Source: Gemmatimonadota bacterium
Lineage (GTDB): Bacteria; Gemmatimonadota; Gemmatimonadetes; Gemmatimonadales; GWC2-71-9
Assembly (NCBI GenBank): GCA_041491785.1
Contig: JBGPVQ010000001.1
Coordinates: 1 to 30,285, forward strand
Reading direction: 5' to 3'
DNA length: 30,285 bases
The translations under genes and the position numbers were made by a program. A model generated the notes under the pieces. The model was not told the origin of the DNA and did no database searches. It saw only the letters and a list, made by a program, of their open reading frames with translations. The first letter of the stretch is position 1, and every line of letters begins with the position of its first letter. Below are positions 23,153 to 30,285 of this stretch, piece after piece.

Positions 23153-23539
23153 ATGACCGCCCCCGCTCCGCTGCTCACCGACATCGGCCAGGTCGCCGTG
23201 CGGGCCACCGACCTGCCCCGCGCCGTCGCCTTCTACCGCGACGTCCTCGGGCTCACTTTCCTCTTCCAGGCGCCCCCCGGCCTGGCCTTTTTCAAGTGCG
23301 GCTCGGTGCAGCTCATGCTGAGCGGCGCGGAGAGCCCCGAGTTCGACCACGCCTCCTCGGTGCTCTACTTCACCGTGACCGACATCGCCGAGGCCTACCG
23401 CACCCTGGCCGGCCGTGGGGTGAGCTTCCGCGACCAGCCCCACCAGATCTACCAGACCGGCGGCAAGGCGCTCTGGATGACCTTCTTCAACGACACCGAG
23501 GGAAACGTCTTCGCGCTGATGAGCTGGAAGCCCGTGTGA
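23153..23539 (+). CDS. VOC (glyoxalase/bleomycin-resistance) family protein (128 aa)
   Basis: IGQVAVRATDLPRAVAFYRDVLGL, LYFTVTDI, FFNDTEGN; paired beta-alpha-beta-beta-beta pattern. Confidence 0.9.
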   Translation: MTAPAPLLTDIGQVAVRATDLPRAVAFYRDVLGLTFLFQAPPGLAFFKCGSVQLMLSGAESPEFDHASSVLYFTVTDIAEAYRTLAGRGVSFRDQPHQIYQTGGKALWMTFFNDTEGNVFALMSWKPV

Positions 23540-23541
23540 GC

Positions 23542-24840
23542 TCAGAAGCTCATATCGAGACCGAGAGTCCAGACCAGATTCGCCTGCATTCCACCGCGCC
23601 GGAGCGGAACCAGGGCGTTGGTGGTGAGAATGGGCCCGCCCGGCGTACGGAACTTGAAGCCGAACGAGCCGTCCACCCGGTGGTCCCGCATCGCGGGAAT
23701 GTTGGTGGGCTCCACCGTGCGCACCACCGGCAGGGTGTAGGTCACCGTAGTCGGCAGGGTGAGGGCGCTCTTCCCGATTTCCCACTCCGATATGAGGTCC
23801 ACCGCCATCGTGGCCCAGTGCGAGACCGGCTGATCGAATCCGCCGGTCGCGAGCAGCGCGTCGTTGCTCCCGTCACCCCTTCGGAGGAAGTAGCCGACGT
23901 TCAAGTGCGGAGAGAAGTCACCGAACCGGGCGGAGGCGATAGCCAGGCCGCGCAGCGCGAAGCGGCCGGCGCCGGTGAGATCGTCCGGGGACCCGGTCGG
24001 CAGCCGGGCGTCGGCCATCAGCGCCACGCCGAGCCGCTCGGTGGAGCGCAGATTGGCCTTCATCCGGACGGCAATGTCCCCGATGCCGGTAGAAGAGCCG
24101 AAGGTGGCGGCGTTGGCGGTGAGCACGGGATGTAAGGAGTCGCCCGAGAAGAAATGGGAGGTCGGAATGCCGAAAGGGAAAAACTCCCCGGTGCTCCGCC
24201 CCTGAAGCGTCGTGTGGACCAGCGGCACCGCGACACCCAGGTCGAGTCCGTCGGTGACGCCCCAGGTCGCGAAGAAGGTGGAGACCAGGAGGCTCACGTT
24301 CATCTGGAGCCGCACCTGCAGGATGTCATTCTCCCGAGGCGGCGATCCGAGCCCCGGCGGGGGAACGTCTTGGTGGGAGAAGTTGAGGATCAGATTGTCG
24401 AGCGGAACCCCGCGGAGCGAGCTGAACGCCACCCCCGTCAGGTTTGCCCCGAACACGACGCGGTGTTTGCCCAGGGTCTGCGCCCGCTCGCCGAACACCG
24501 GCCCGAGGGACCCGGACGTCTTGACCGGCAATCCGCCCACGAACTTGAAGGTGACGCCGCTCCCCGAGGCGGAGAGCGGAATGTTCGAGGCGTTGGCGGC
24601 GATGGCATCGTTCAGAAAGCCGATGATCGTGGCGTTGCCGGCCACCGCCCCGGGGAGGAAGTGATCGCCGTGCCCGTTGGTGGCGTTCACCGAATTGTCG
24701 AGGCAGAGCGGCTTGCCGCAGCTCCCGAAGCTGAACAGATCCTGGATGCGGTCGCGCAGGTGGCCCTTCGACTGCTGCGCTGCGACCGGCAGCGCGAGGC
24801 TCAACGACAGGAGAGCGGACGCGAGGTGGCGGCCGGGCAT
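23542..24840 (-). CDS. Putative outer-membrane beta-barrel protein (MetA-pathway/transporter-like), 432 aa
   Basis: ATG 24840 with GGAGG; signal peptide ending VAA-QQ; GIGDIAVRMK and RLPTGS motifs of this barrel class; amphipathic strands; C-terminal LGLDMSF with terminal Phe. Confidence 0.7.
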   Translation of the reverse strand: MPGRHLASALLSLSLALPVAAQQSKGHLRDRIQDLFSFGSCGKPLCLDNSVNATNGHGDHFLPGAVAGNATIIGFLNDAIAANASNIPLSASGSGVTFKFVGGLPVKTSGSLGPVFGERAQTLGKHRVVFGANLTGVAFSSLRGVPLDNLILNFSHQDVPPPGLGSPPRENDILQVRLQMNVSLLVSTFFATWGVTDGLDLGVAVPLVHTTLQGRSTGEFFPFGIPTSHFFSGDSLHPVLTANAATFGSSTGIGDIAVRMKANLRSTERLGVALMADARLPTGSPDDLTGAGRFALRGLAIASARFGDFSPHLNVGYFLRRGDGSNDALLATGGFDQPVSHWATMAVDLISEWEIGKSALTLPTTVTYTLPVVRTVEPTNIPAMRDHRVDGSFGFKFRTPGGPILTTNALVPLRRGGMQANLVWTLGLDMSF

Positions 24841-24862
24841 CGGACCTCCGAAGCGAGTGGGC

Positions 24863-26659
24863 TTAGTTGACCAACGCGAGGAGCCGCCACTCGCCCCCGC
24901 GCCGCTCCAGCCGGGCACGGAGGTCGACGCGCTGCTCCGATGCGCGCTGGCGGGGGGTGCTCACCAGATTGGTGCCCTCGACGCGGGCAGTGGCTTCGTC
25001 TCCCGACACGGTGACGTCACTCACCACCCAACGGGACCGCATGGTGCCTCCGGCCTTCCAGAACGCCTCCAACCCCTGGCGCTGCTCCGCCGGCATGCCG
25101 GGGTAGACGCGGCGCGCGGCGGCGAGATCCCCGGCGTCGAGGGCGCGGGCGTAGGAAAGGATGGCCGCTTCGACCTCCGCTTCCGCGGCGGCGGCGGAAA
25201 CCGCCGCCACCTCCGTAGCCGGTGGGGCGGCCGGCAGCGGCGCGGGGGGAGGCGGCGGGGCGGGCGCGGGAACCGGAGCCGGCGCCGCCGTCGGCACCGG
25301 CGCCGGCGGGAGCACGGCGGGTTGCCCCGCCCCGGCCGATTCGACGCTGGCGGATCGGGTCGGCGGCAGCGGCACGGGCGAGCCCGCGGCGCGGCGTGAA
25401 TCCGGCCGCCCGCCCGGACCCGGGGGGCGTACCGACGGCGGGTTCGGGACGGGGGCCGGGGCGGGCGGCAAGCTCACTCGCGCCGGGCCGGCGCTGTCGG
25501 GGAGCGCGGCGGGCCGGTCGCCGCTCGAGGGGCGCTGAAGCAGAGCTGCGGCGATGATCCCAGCCGCCAGTACCGTGGCCCCACCCAGCCACAGGAAACT
25601 GCGCGGCGAGCGGGCATTGGCTGGAGCGGGAGTCGCCGCGCCGGGGCGGCTTCGGGTAAGCGGGACCGGACTCCGCGGCGTTTGCACCTGCGAGATGATC
25701 CGGTGGGAGACCCCGGTGCGCGCCAACGAGATCAGCTGACTGCGGGTCGGGTCGTCGTGGGCAAGCTGACGGGCGCCCATAGCGGCGATCGCATCTTCCA
25801 TCGATGGCCAGCGCTTTTCCGGATCCTTCTCGAGCATCCTCAGCAGCGAGCTCCGGATCGCCTCGGAACAATCGGGGCGGAACAGCTCGAGGGGCGGCAC
25901 CGGATCGTGGAAATGGTTGTACATGAGCGCCATCATCGACTGTGCGACGAAGGGCGGGCGCCCCGCCAGCATCTCGTACGCGACCACGGCCAGCGAGTAC
26001 TGGTCCGAGGCCCCGGTGATGACGCCGCCACTGCACTGCTCCGGGCTCATGTAAGTCGGCGTCCCCACCGCCACCCCCGATTGGGTGAGCTGCTCGGACT
26101 CCTGCACCTTCGCGATGCCGAAATCGGTGACTACCGCCCAACCTTCATCGTCGATCAGGATATTGCTGGGTTTGATGTCGCGGTGGACCACGCCGTGCCG
26201 GTGGGCGTACCCGAACGCACCGCCCACCTGGGCCAGGATGGCCTCGACCATCGGGAGCGGAAGTTTGCCGACGTCCCGCATGATCGCATCGAGCGGGGTT
26301 CCCTCGACCAGCTTCATGACGAAAAAGAGCAGCCCTTCGGATTCGCGGACGGCGTAGACCGGTATGATGTTCGGGTGGGAGAGATGCGCCGCGGTGCGAG
26401 CTTCCCGCTTGAAGCGCTCGACCATGCCGGAGCCGTACAGCAGCGCGGGAGACATCACCTTGATCGCGACTTTGCGGTCGAGGCTGAGGTCGTGGGCGAG
26501 GAAGACCGTCGCCATCCCGCCCCGGCCCAGCTCGCCGTAAATGTCATACTCCCCGACGGTGGCCCGCCGGAGCTGCTCCAGGAGCTGGTCGGAGCCGGCC
26601 GGAGCCGAGCCGGGGGCGGAGTCCGAAACGGACCGGGACTGAGCCGAGGAATCGGTCAT
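24863..26659 (-). CDS. Membrane-anchored Hanks-type Ser/Thr protein kinase with a Pro/Ala-rich linker and C-terminal NTF2-like domain (598 aa)
   Basis: LGRGGMATV, VAIKV, HRDIKPSN, DFG, GTPTYMSPEQ, DQYSLA; one TM segment (FLWLGGATVLAAGIIAAALL). Confidence 0.93.
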   Translation of the reverse strand: MTDSSAQSRSVSDSAPGSAPAGSDQLLEQLRRATVGEYDIYGELGRGGMATVFLAHDLSLDRKVAIKVMSPALLYGSGMVERFKREARTAAHLSHPNIIPVYAVRESEGLLFFVMKLVEGTPLDAIMRDVGKLPLPMVEAILAQVGGAFGYAHRHGVVHRDIKPSNILIDDEGWAVVTDFGIAKVQESEQLTQSGVAVGTPTYMSPEQCSGGVITGASDQYSLAVVAYEMLAGRPPFVAQSMMALMYNHFHDPVPPLELFRPDCSEAIRSSLLRMLEKDPEKRWPSMEDAIAAMGARQLAHDDPTRSQLISLARTGVSHRIISQVQTPRSPVPLTRSRPGAATPAPANARSPRSFLWLGGATVLAAGIIAAALLQRPSSGDRPAALPDSAGPARVSLPPAPAPVPNPPSVRPPGPGGRPDSRRAAGSPVPLPPTRSASVESAGAGQPAVLPPAPVPTAAPAPVPAPAPPPPPAPLPAAPPATEVAAVSAAAAEAEVEAAILSYARALDAGDLAAARRVYPGMPAEQRQGLEAFWKAGGTMRSRWVVSDVTVSGDEATARVEGTNLVSTPRQRASEQRVDLRARLERRGGEWRLLALVN

Positions 26660-26668
26660 GGGTTTACA

Positions 26669-26696
26669 ACACTAACTCCGGAGAGAGAGAGCGCAA
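26669..26696 (-). promoter_or_regulatory. Candidate kinase promoter with a (TC)5 tract in the spacer
   Basis: TTGCGC-TCTCTCTCTCCGGAGT (16 nt)-TAGTGT, 9 nt, ATG; no Shine-Dalgarno sequence. Confidence 0.3.
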
Positions 26697-26825
26697 CCCG
26701 CGGGGACGCGCGGGGTATTGAGTGCCCTCCGCCGGGGACCGGCTAGATTTCCCGGCTCACTCCTCGGGACCTTCGATGCTGCGCATTCTCTCACCTGCCC
26801 GGCCTCTCTTCCCGGCGCGCTCTGC

Positions 26826-27842
26826 GTGACCGAACGAGTCCTCGTGGTGGGCGCGGGGCCGATCGGGCTGGCCTGCGCGATCTCCGCGCAGCGGCGGGGA
26901 CTCGATCCGGTCGTGATCGACGCCGGTGCGATCGCCAGCGCGATCGTCCGGTATCCGGTGGGCATGATCTTCTTCACTACCCCCGAACGCCTCGAGATCG
27001 GCGGACACCCGCTGGTGTCGGCGGGCCCCAAGGCCACCCGCGAGGAAGCCCTGAAGTACTATCGCGGCGTCGCGCGGGCGGAGGGGCTCAGCGTGCGCCC
27101 GTTCGTGCGCCTCACCGGCGCGGAGCAAAGCCACGGGGAGATTCGCTGCCGCCTCCGCACTCGGCTGGGCAGCGAAGAGCTGGCGTGCGACCGCCTGGTG
27201 CTCGCCACCGGGTATTTCGACCACCCCAACAGGCTCGGCGTGCCCGGAGAGACCCTGCCCCACGTGTCGCATTATGGCGAGGAGCCGCACCTGAGTGCGG
27301 GGCAGAACGTGGTAATCGTGGGCGGCAAGAACTCCGCCGTCGAGCAGGCGCTGGGCTGCTTCCGCGCCGGGGGGCGGGTTACGCTGGCCTACCGGGGGCC
27401 GGCGCTCCGGCCAAGCGTCAAGTACTGGCTCAAGCCCGACCTCGAGAACCGGATCAAGGCGGGGGAGATCGCGGTGCGGTGGAACGCGGAGGTGAAAGGA
27501 ATCGACCTCGAGGCGGTCACGGTGACGATCGGCGGCGGAGCGGAACGCCTTCCGGCGGATCGGGTGTACCTGCTCACCGGCTACGCGCCGGACTTCGAGC
27601 TGTTTCGCGGGATCGGCATCAGACTGGACCCCGAGTCGGGGCGGCCCGCGCTCGATCCGGGCACGCTGGAGAGCAACGTCCCCGGGGTGTACCTGGCCGG
27701 GAGCGTCACCGCCGGGCGCAAGATTTCGGAGATTTTCATCGAGAACGGCCGATACGACGGAGAAAAGATTTTCGGCGACCGGGAAAGCCGGGCGCGCGCC
27801 GATAGCTTCTACCAGCGGGAAGGCCGGGAGCTCGGCGAGTAA
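26826..27842 (+). CDS. ypdA: YpdA-family FAD/NADPH oxidoreductase (putative bacillithiol disulfide reductase), 338 aa
   Basis: GAGPIGLAC, YPVGMIFFTT...LEIGG, TREEALKYY, GGKNSAV, LKPDLENRIK, FIENGR; start placed at GTG 26826 by fold boundary. Confidence 0.85.
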   Translation: MTERVLVVGAGPIGLACAISAQRRGLDPVVIDAGAIASAIVRYPVGMIFFTTPERLEIGGHPLVSAGPKATREEALKYYRGVARAEGLSVRPFVRLTGAEQSHGEIRCRLRTRLGSEELACDRLVLATGYFDHPNRLGVPGETLPHVSHYGEEPHLSAGQNVVIVGGKNSAVEQALGCFRAGGRVTLAYRGPALRPSVKYWLKPDLENRIKAGEIAVRWNAEVKGIDLEAVTVTIGGGAERLPADRVYLLTGYAPDFELFRGIGIRLDPESGRPALDPGTLESNVPGVYLAGSVTAGRKISEIFIENGRYDGEKIFGDRESRARADSFYQREGRELGE

Positions 27843-27907
27843 CCCAGCTGCAGCCGTTGGTTGAAAAGACTTGCCCGATCCGGCGCCGACGGGAGGGCTG
27901 AGTTCGA

Positions 27908-28888
27908 TCAGTTCCAGCTGAGTCCCCGCAGCTGTTCGAGATCGACATTTCCGCCGCTCAGGACGCACACCACCCGGGCCCCCGCGGGCGCCCGAATCAA
28001 CCCCTTGAGCAAGGCGCCGACCGGCGCCGCGGCGGCGCCCTCGACCACCAGCTTGCAGTGGTGCATGATCCACAACATGGCGTCGAAGATCTCCGCGTCG
28101 GGGAGGGTCACGATCTCATCCACCGCGCGCCGGACGATTTCCAGGTTCTGCTCGCCCACCCGGCGGACCCTGAGCCCGTCGATGATGCAATCGACCTGGT
28201 CGAGCGTGACGAGATGACCCGCCTCGACGCTCCGCAGCATCCCCGGTGCTCCCGACGACTCCACCCCGATCACCCGGACCCGGGGATTCCGGCCCTTGAT
28301 CGCGAGCGAGATCCCTGAAATGAGTCCTCCGCCCCCGATCGGCACGACCACCACGTCCACCTCGGGCCAGTCGTCCAGAATCTCCAGCCCCACCGTTCCC
28401 TGCCCCGCGATCAACTGGAGGTCGTCGAACGGGTGGATGTAGGTCAGTCCCCGCTCCTCCACCAACTCCCTGGCCCGCGCGTCGGCCTCGTCCCAGATGG
28501 TCCCGTGCTGGATGACCTCGGCGCCGTAACCCCGAGTCGCGGCCACCTTCGACGGGGTGGCATTGCTGGCCATGAGGACCACGGCGTGCAGGCCATGGAT
28601 CGACGCCGCCAGCGCCACACCCTGCGCGTGATTCCCCGCCGAGGAGCAGATCACGCCCCGGCGCCGCTGCTGCTCGGACAACAGGGGGAACTTGTTGAGC
28701 GGTCCGCGGATCTTGTAGGAGCCGGTGCGCTGGAGCATCTCCGCCTTCAGCCGGACCTCGAAGCCGGTGCGAGCGCTCAGCACCCGGGAGGTGACCAGAG
28801 GCGTGTGGTAGGCGTGCTCGCTCACCCGCCGGCGCGCGTCGAGGAACTCCGCGTTCCCAGGCGGACGGTCGGTGGGGGGTGGGGTCAC
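27908..28888 (-). CDS. PLP-dependent threonine/serine dehydratase (catabolic type, no ACT domain), 326 aa
   Basis: LKAEMLQRTGSYKIRG (PLP Lys), SSAGNHAQG, HPFDD, VPIGGGGLISG, LSGGN; GAGG RBS before GTG. Confidence 0.9.
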   Translation of the reverse strand: MTPPPTDRPPGNAEFLDARRRVSEHAYHTPLVTSRVLSARTGFEVRLKAEMLQRTGSYKIRGPLNKFPLLSEQQRRRGVICSSAGNHAQGVALAASIHGLHAVVLMASNATPSKVAATRGYGAEVIQHGTIWDEADARARELVEERGLTYIHPFDDLQLIAGQGTVGLEILDDWPEVDVVVVPIGGGGLISGISLAIKGRNPRVRVIGVESSGAPGMLRSVEAGHLVTLDQVDCIIDGLRVRRVGEQNLEIVRRAVDEIVTLPDAEIFDAMLWIMHHCKLVVEGAAAAPVGALLKGLIRAPAGARVVCVLSGGNVDLEQLRGLSWN

Positions 28889-29010
28889 GGAGAGCCTCGG
28901 ACGAGAGTGGCGGCGACGAGCCGGGCTCCGAACCTACCCGCGATCCGGCGGTTGGTGCCACCCCGAGAGGTGTTCGCGCCCGATCCAGTCCGCTTTGCCC
29001 CGGCCGGGAC

Positions 29011-29276
29011 CTACCACCTGCCCCACAGAAACCGCCATCCCGCCGGGGGGCGAATCAGCAGGACCGTCGCGGCCGAATGACCCCCTGCTCCGCCCAGTAG
29101 GCCCGCGACTCGTCGGCATAGTAGAGAATCGCGCCGGCGTAGTCGCCCGAGTTGAGACGGAACTCGTAGTCGACGAAGGCCCGCCGCACGCTGTCGACCA
29201 GCGGGTTGGCGGAGCCAACCAGCGCGAACGCGATGCCGGCGACTCGGAGCAGGGAGCCTCCTTCCCGGTGGGTCAT
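29011..29276 (-). pseudogene. Remnant of a secreted NTF2/SnoaL-like protein with an internal deletion and frameshift
   Basis: ATGA-coupled to the VOC stop. Frame 1: signal-like segment then VRRAFVDYEFRLNSGDYAGAILYYADESRAYWAEQG, stop at 29055. The -1 frame from about 29080 gives AATVLLIRPPAGWRFLWGRW* (stop 29011), a typical final strand pair of the fold. Confidence 0.55.
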
Positions 29277-29686
29277 TCGTCGACGGTCGAATCGGGCGCC
29301 GGCTGCATCGCCCCCGCGATGTTGCCCTCGGGGTCGCGGAAAAAGAGCAGATGCCCGACCGTGGGGATCAGCATCTTGGGGAGGATAATGGTCCCGCCGT
29401 TTGCGGTGACTGCGGCCGCCACGGCGTCGAGATCGGGGACGTTGATGGTGCACTCGTAGCCCGTCATTCGCTCTCCCTCGATCAACTCCCGCCGCTTCTG
29501 GAGCGATCCAGGGATGCCGGGGTCGCGCTGGGCCCCGGTTGCGATCATGAAGAAGTCCGGCGGGCCCCAGGCCTCGAATCGCCACCCGAACACCCGTTCG
29601 TAAAACCGGCGGGCGCGGGGAAGATCGTCCGCGTTGATGGCGAAATGGCTGACGTTGGCAGTCGAAGGAGGAAATGGTTTGGGCAT
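29273..29686 (-). CDS. VOC (glyoxalase/bleomycin-resistance) family protein (137 aa)
   Basis: VSHFAINADDLPRARRFYERVFGW, INVPDLDAVAAAV..NGG, FFRDPEGN. Confidence 0.9.
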   Translation of the reverse strand: MPKPFPPSTANVSHFAINADDLPRARRFYERVFGWRFEAWGPPDFFMIATGAQRDPGIPGSLQKRRELIEGERMTGYECTINVPDLDAVAAAVTANGGTIILPKMLIPTVGHLLFFRDPEGNIAGAMQPAPDSTVDE

Positions 29687-29784
29687 CGGTCGGTCTCGCT
29701 GCGTTCAGGGCGGTTGGGCCGGGGAAGGCACTCCCCCACCATAGCGGAAATCCGCTCCGCGCGCTTGCGCTATATTGCCACATT

Positions 29785-30285
29785 ATGTCGAATTCACGCC
29801 AACCCGCCGGACCGGAGATTCGTAGCTCGGCCATGACCTTCCCGTCGGCCTATCTGCTCCGCTGGCGGGCCCAGTCCTGGGCCCAACTGATCTACGCGGT
29901 CCGGGGGGTGATGACGGTGCACACGCCGGCGGGGTTGTGGGTCATTCCGCCGCATCAGGCGATGTGGGTGCCGGCCGGGAATGCGCTCAGGGTCGAGATG
30001 GGGGGGCGGGTCTCGATGCGGACGCTGTATCTCACCGCGCGCCTGAGCCGGCCGCTGCCGGCCACCTGCCGGGTGGTCCACGTCTCACCGCTGCTGCGCG
30101 AGCTCATGCTCCAGGCGGTGCGGCTGAAGACGCTGGACCGCGCCAGGCCGACGGAGCGCCACCTCATGGACGTGCTGCTCGATCAGCTCGCGGTGCTTCC
30201 CCGGGCCCCGCTCGACCTGCCGGCGCCGCGCGATCCCCGCGGGGTGCGCGCGGCCGCGCTGGTTCGGGGCGCGCCGGGAGAGCGC
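29785..30285 (+). CDS. AraC-family regulator with N-terminal cupin domain (NimR/YeaM-like); 3' end outside the window, absent from the ORF track
   Basis: Open frame from ATG 29785 (alternative ATG 29833): WAQLIYAVRGVMTV, WVIPPHQAMWVPAG, VSMRTLYL, VSPLLRELML, LDLPAPRDPR; TATATT 8 nt upstream; divergent from the VOC gene. Confidence 0.88.
   Translation, partial: MSNSRQPAGPEIRSSAMTFPSAYLLRWRAQSWAQLIYAVRGVMTVHTPAGLWVIPPHQAMWVPAGNALRVEMGGRVSMRTLYLTARLSRPLPATCRVVHVSPLLRELMLQAVRLKTLDRARPTERHLMDVLLDQLAVLPRAPLDLPAPRDPRGVRAAALVRGAPGER

Noticed and set aside
25180-25540. Repeat-like GC-rich stretch (CCGGCG/GGCGCC motifs) as a DNA repeat element
   Set aside because: Explained by Pro/Ala codons of the kinase linker; no exact tandem unit.
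29055-29834. 259-aa minus-strand ORF as one gene
   Set aside because: Its first 186 codons overlap the VOC gene and promoter in another frame; only the part from ATG 29276 looks protein-like.

Overview
This is a GC-rich (roughly 70%), gene-dense bacterial chromosome segment. Its secreted hydrolases, Hanks kinase and beta-barrel proteins suggest Gemmatimonadota or a similar diderm lineage (inference). I found no rRNA, tRNA, CRISPR array, IS or integrase. Left to right: (1) a minus-strand run of a Cys-less ArsC/Spx-family protein, a TolB/PD40-like propeller, a secreted Xaa-Pro-dipeptidase-like amidohydrolase, a shortened DUF4442 hot-dog protein, a DUF1015 protein and the start of a SerA-like dehydrogenase; (2) a translationally coupled plus-strand operon of five exported hydrolases: three amidohydrolase paralogs of which only the middle one keeps metal ligands, a class C beta-lactamase-like serine hydrolase and a VanX/DdpX D-Ala-D-Ala dipeptidase; (3) an uncharacterised outer-membrane barrel plus His/Cys-rich lipoprotein behind a sigma54-like site; (4) arsR-arsM-acr3-arsC with palindromic operators; (5) a nagB/PIG-L fusion, an NPP-type phosphodiesterase and mgtA; (6) a MarR/VOC divergent pair; (7) a membrane Ser/Thr kinase followed by an outer-membrane barrel gene; (8) ypdA, a threonine/serine dehydratase, an NTF2/SnoaL-like remnant, a second VOC gene and a partial AraC regulator. 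The best candidates for undescribed systems are the one-enzyme/two-pseudoenzyme amidohydrolase operon, the barrel + His-rich lipoprotein pair and the kinase + barrel pair. Three apparent lesions (an ATC start and two internal deletions) could be real or assembly errors and need read mapping. All family names come from motif recognition, not database searches.
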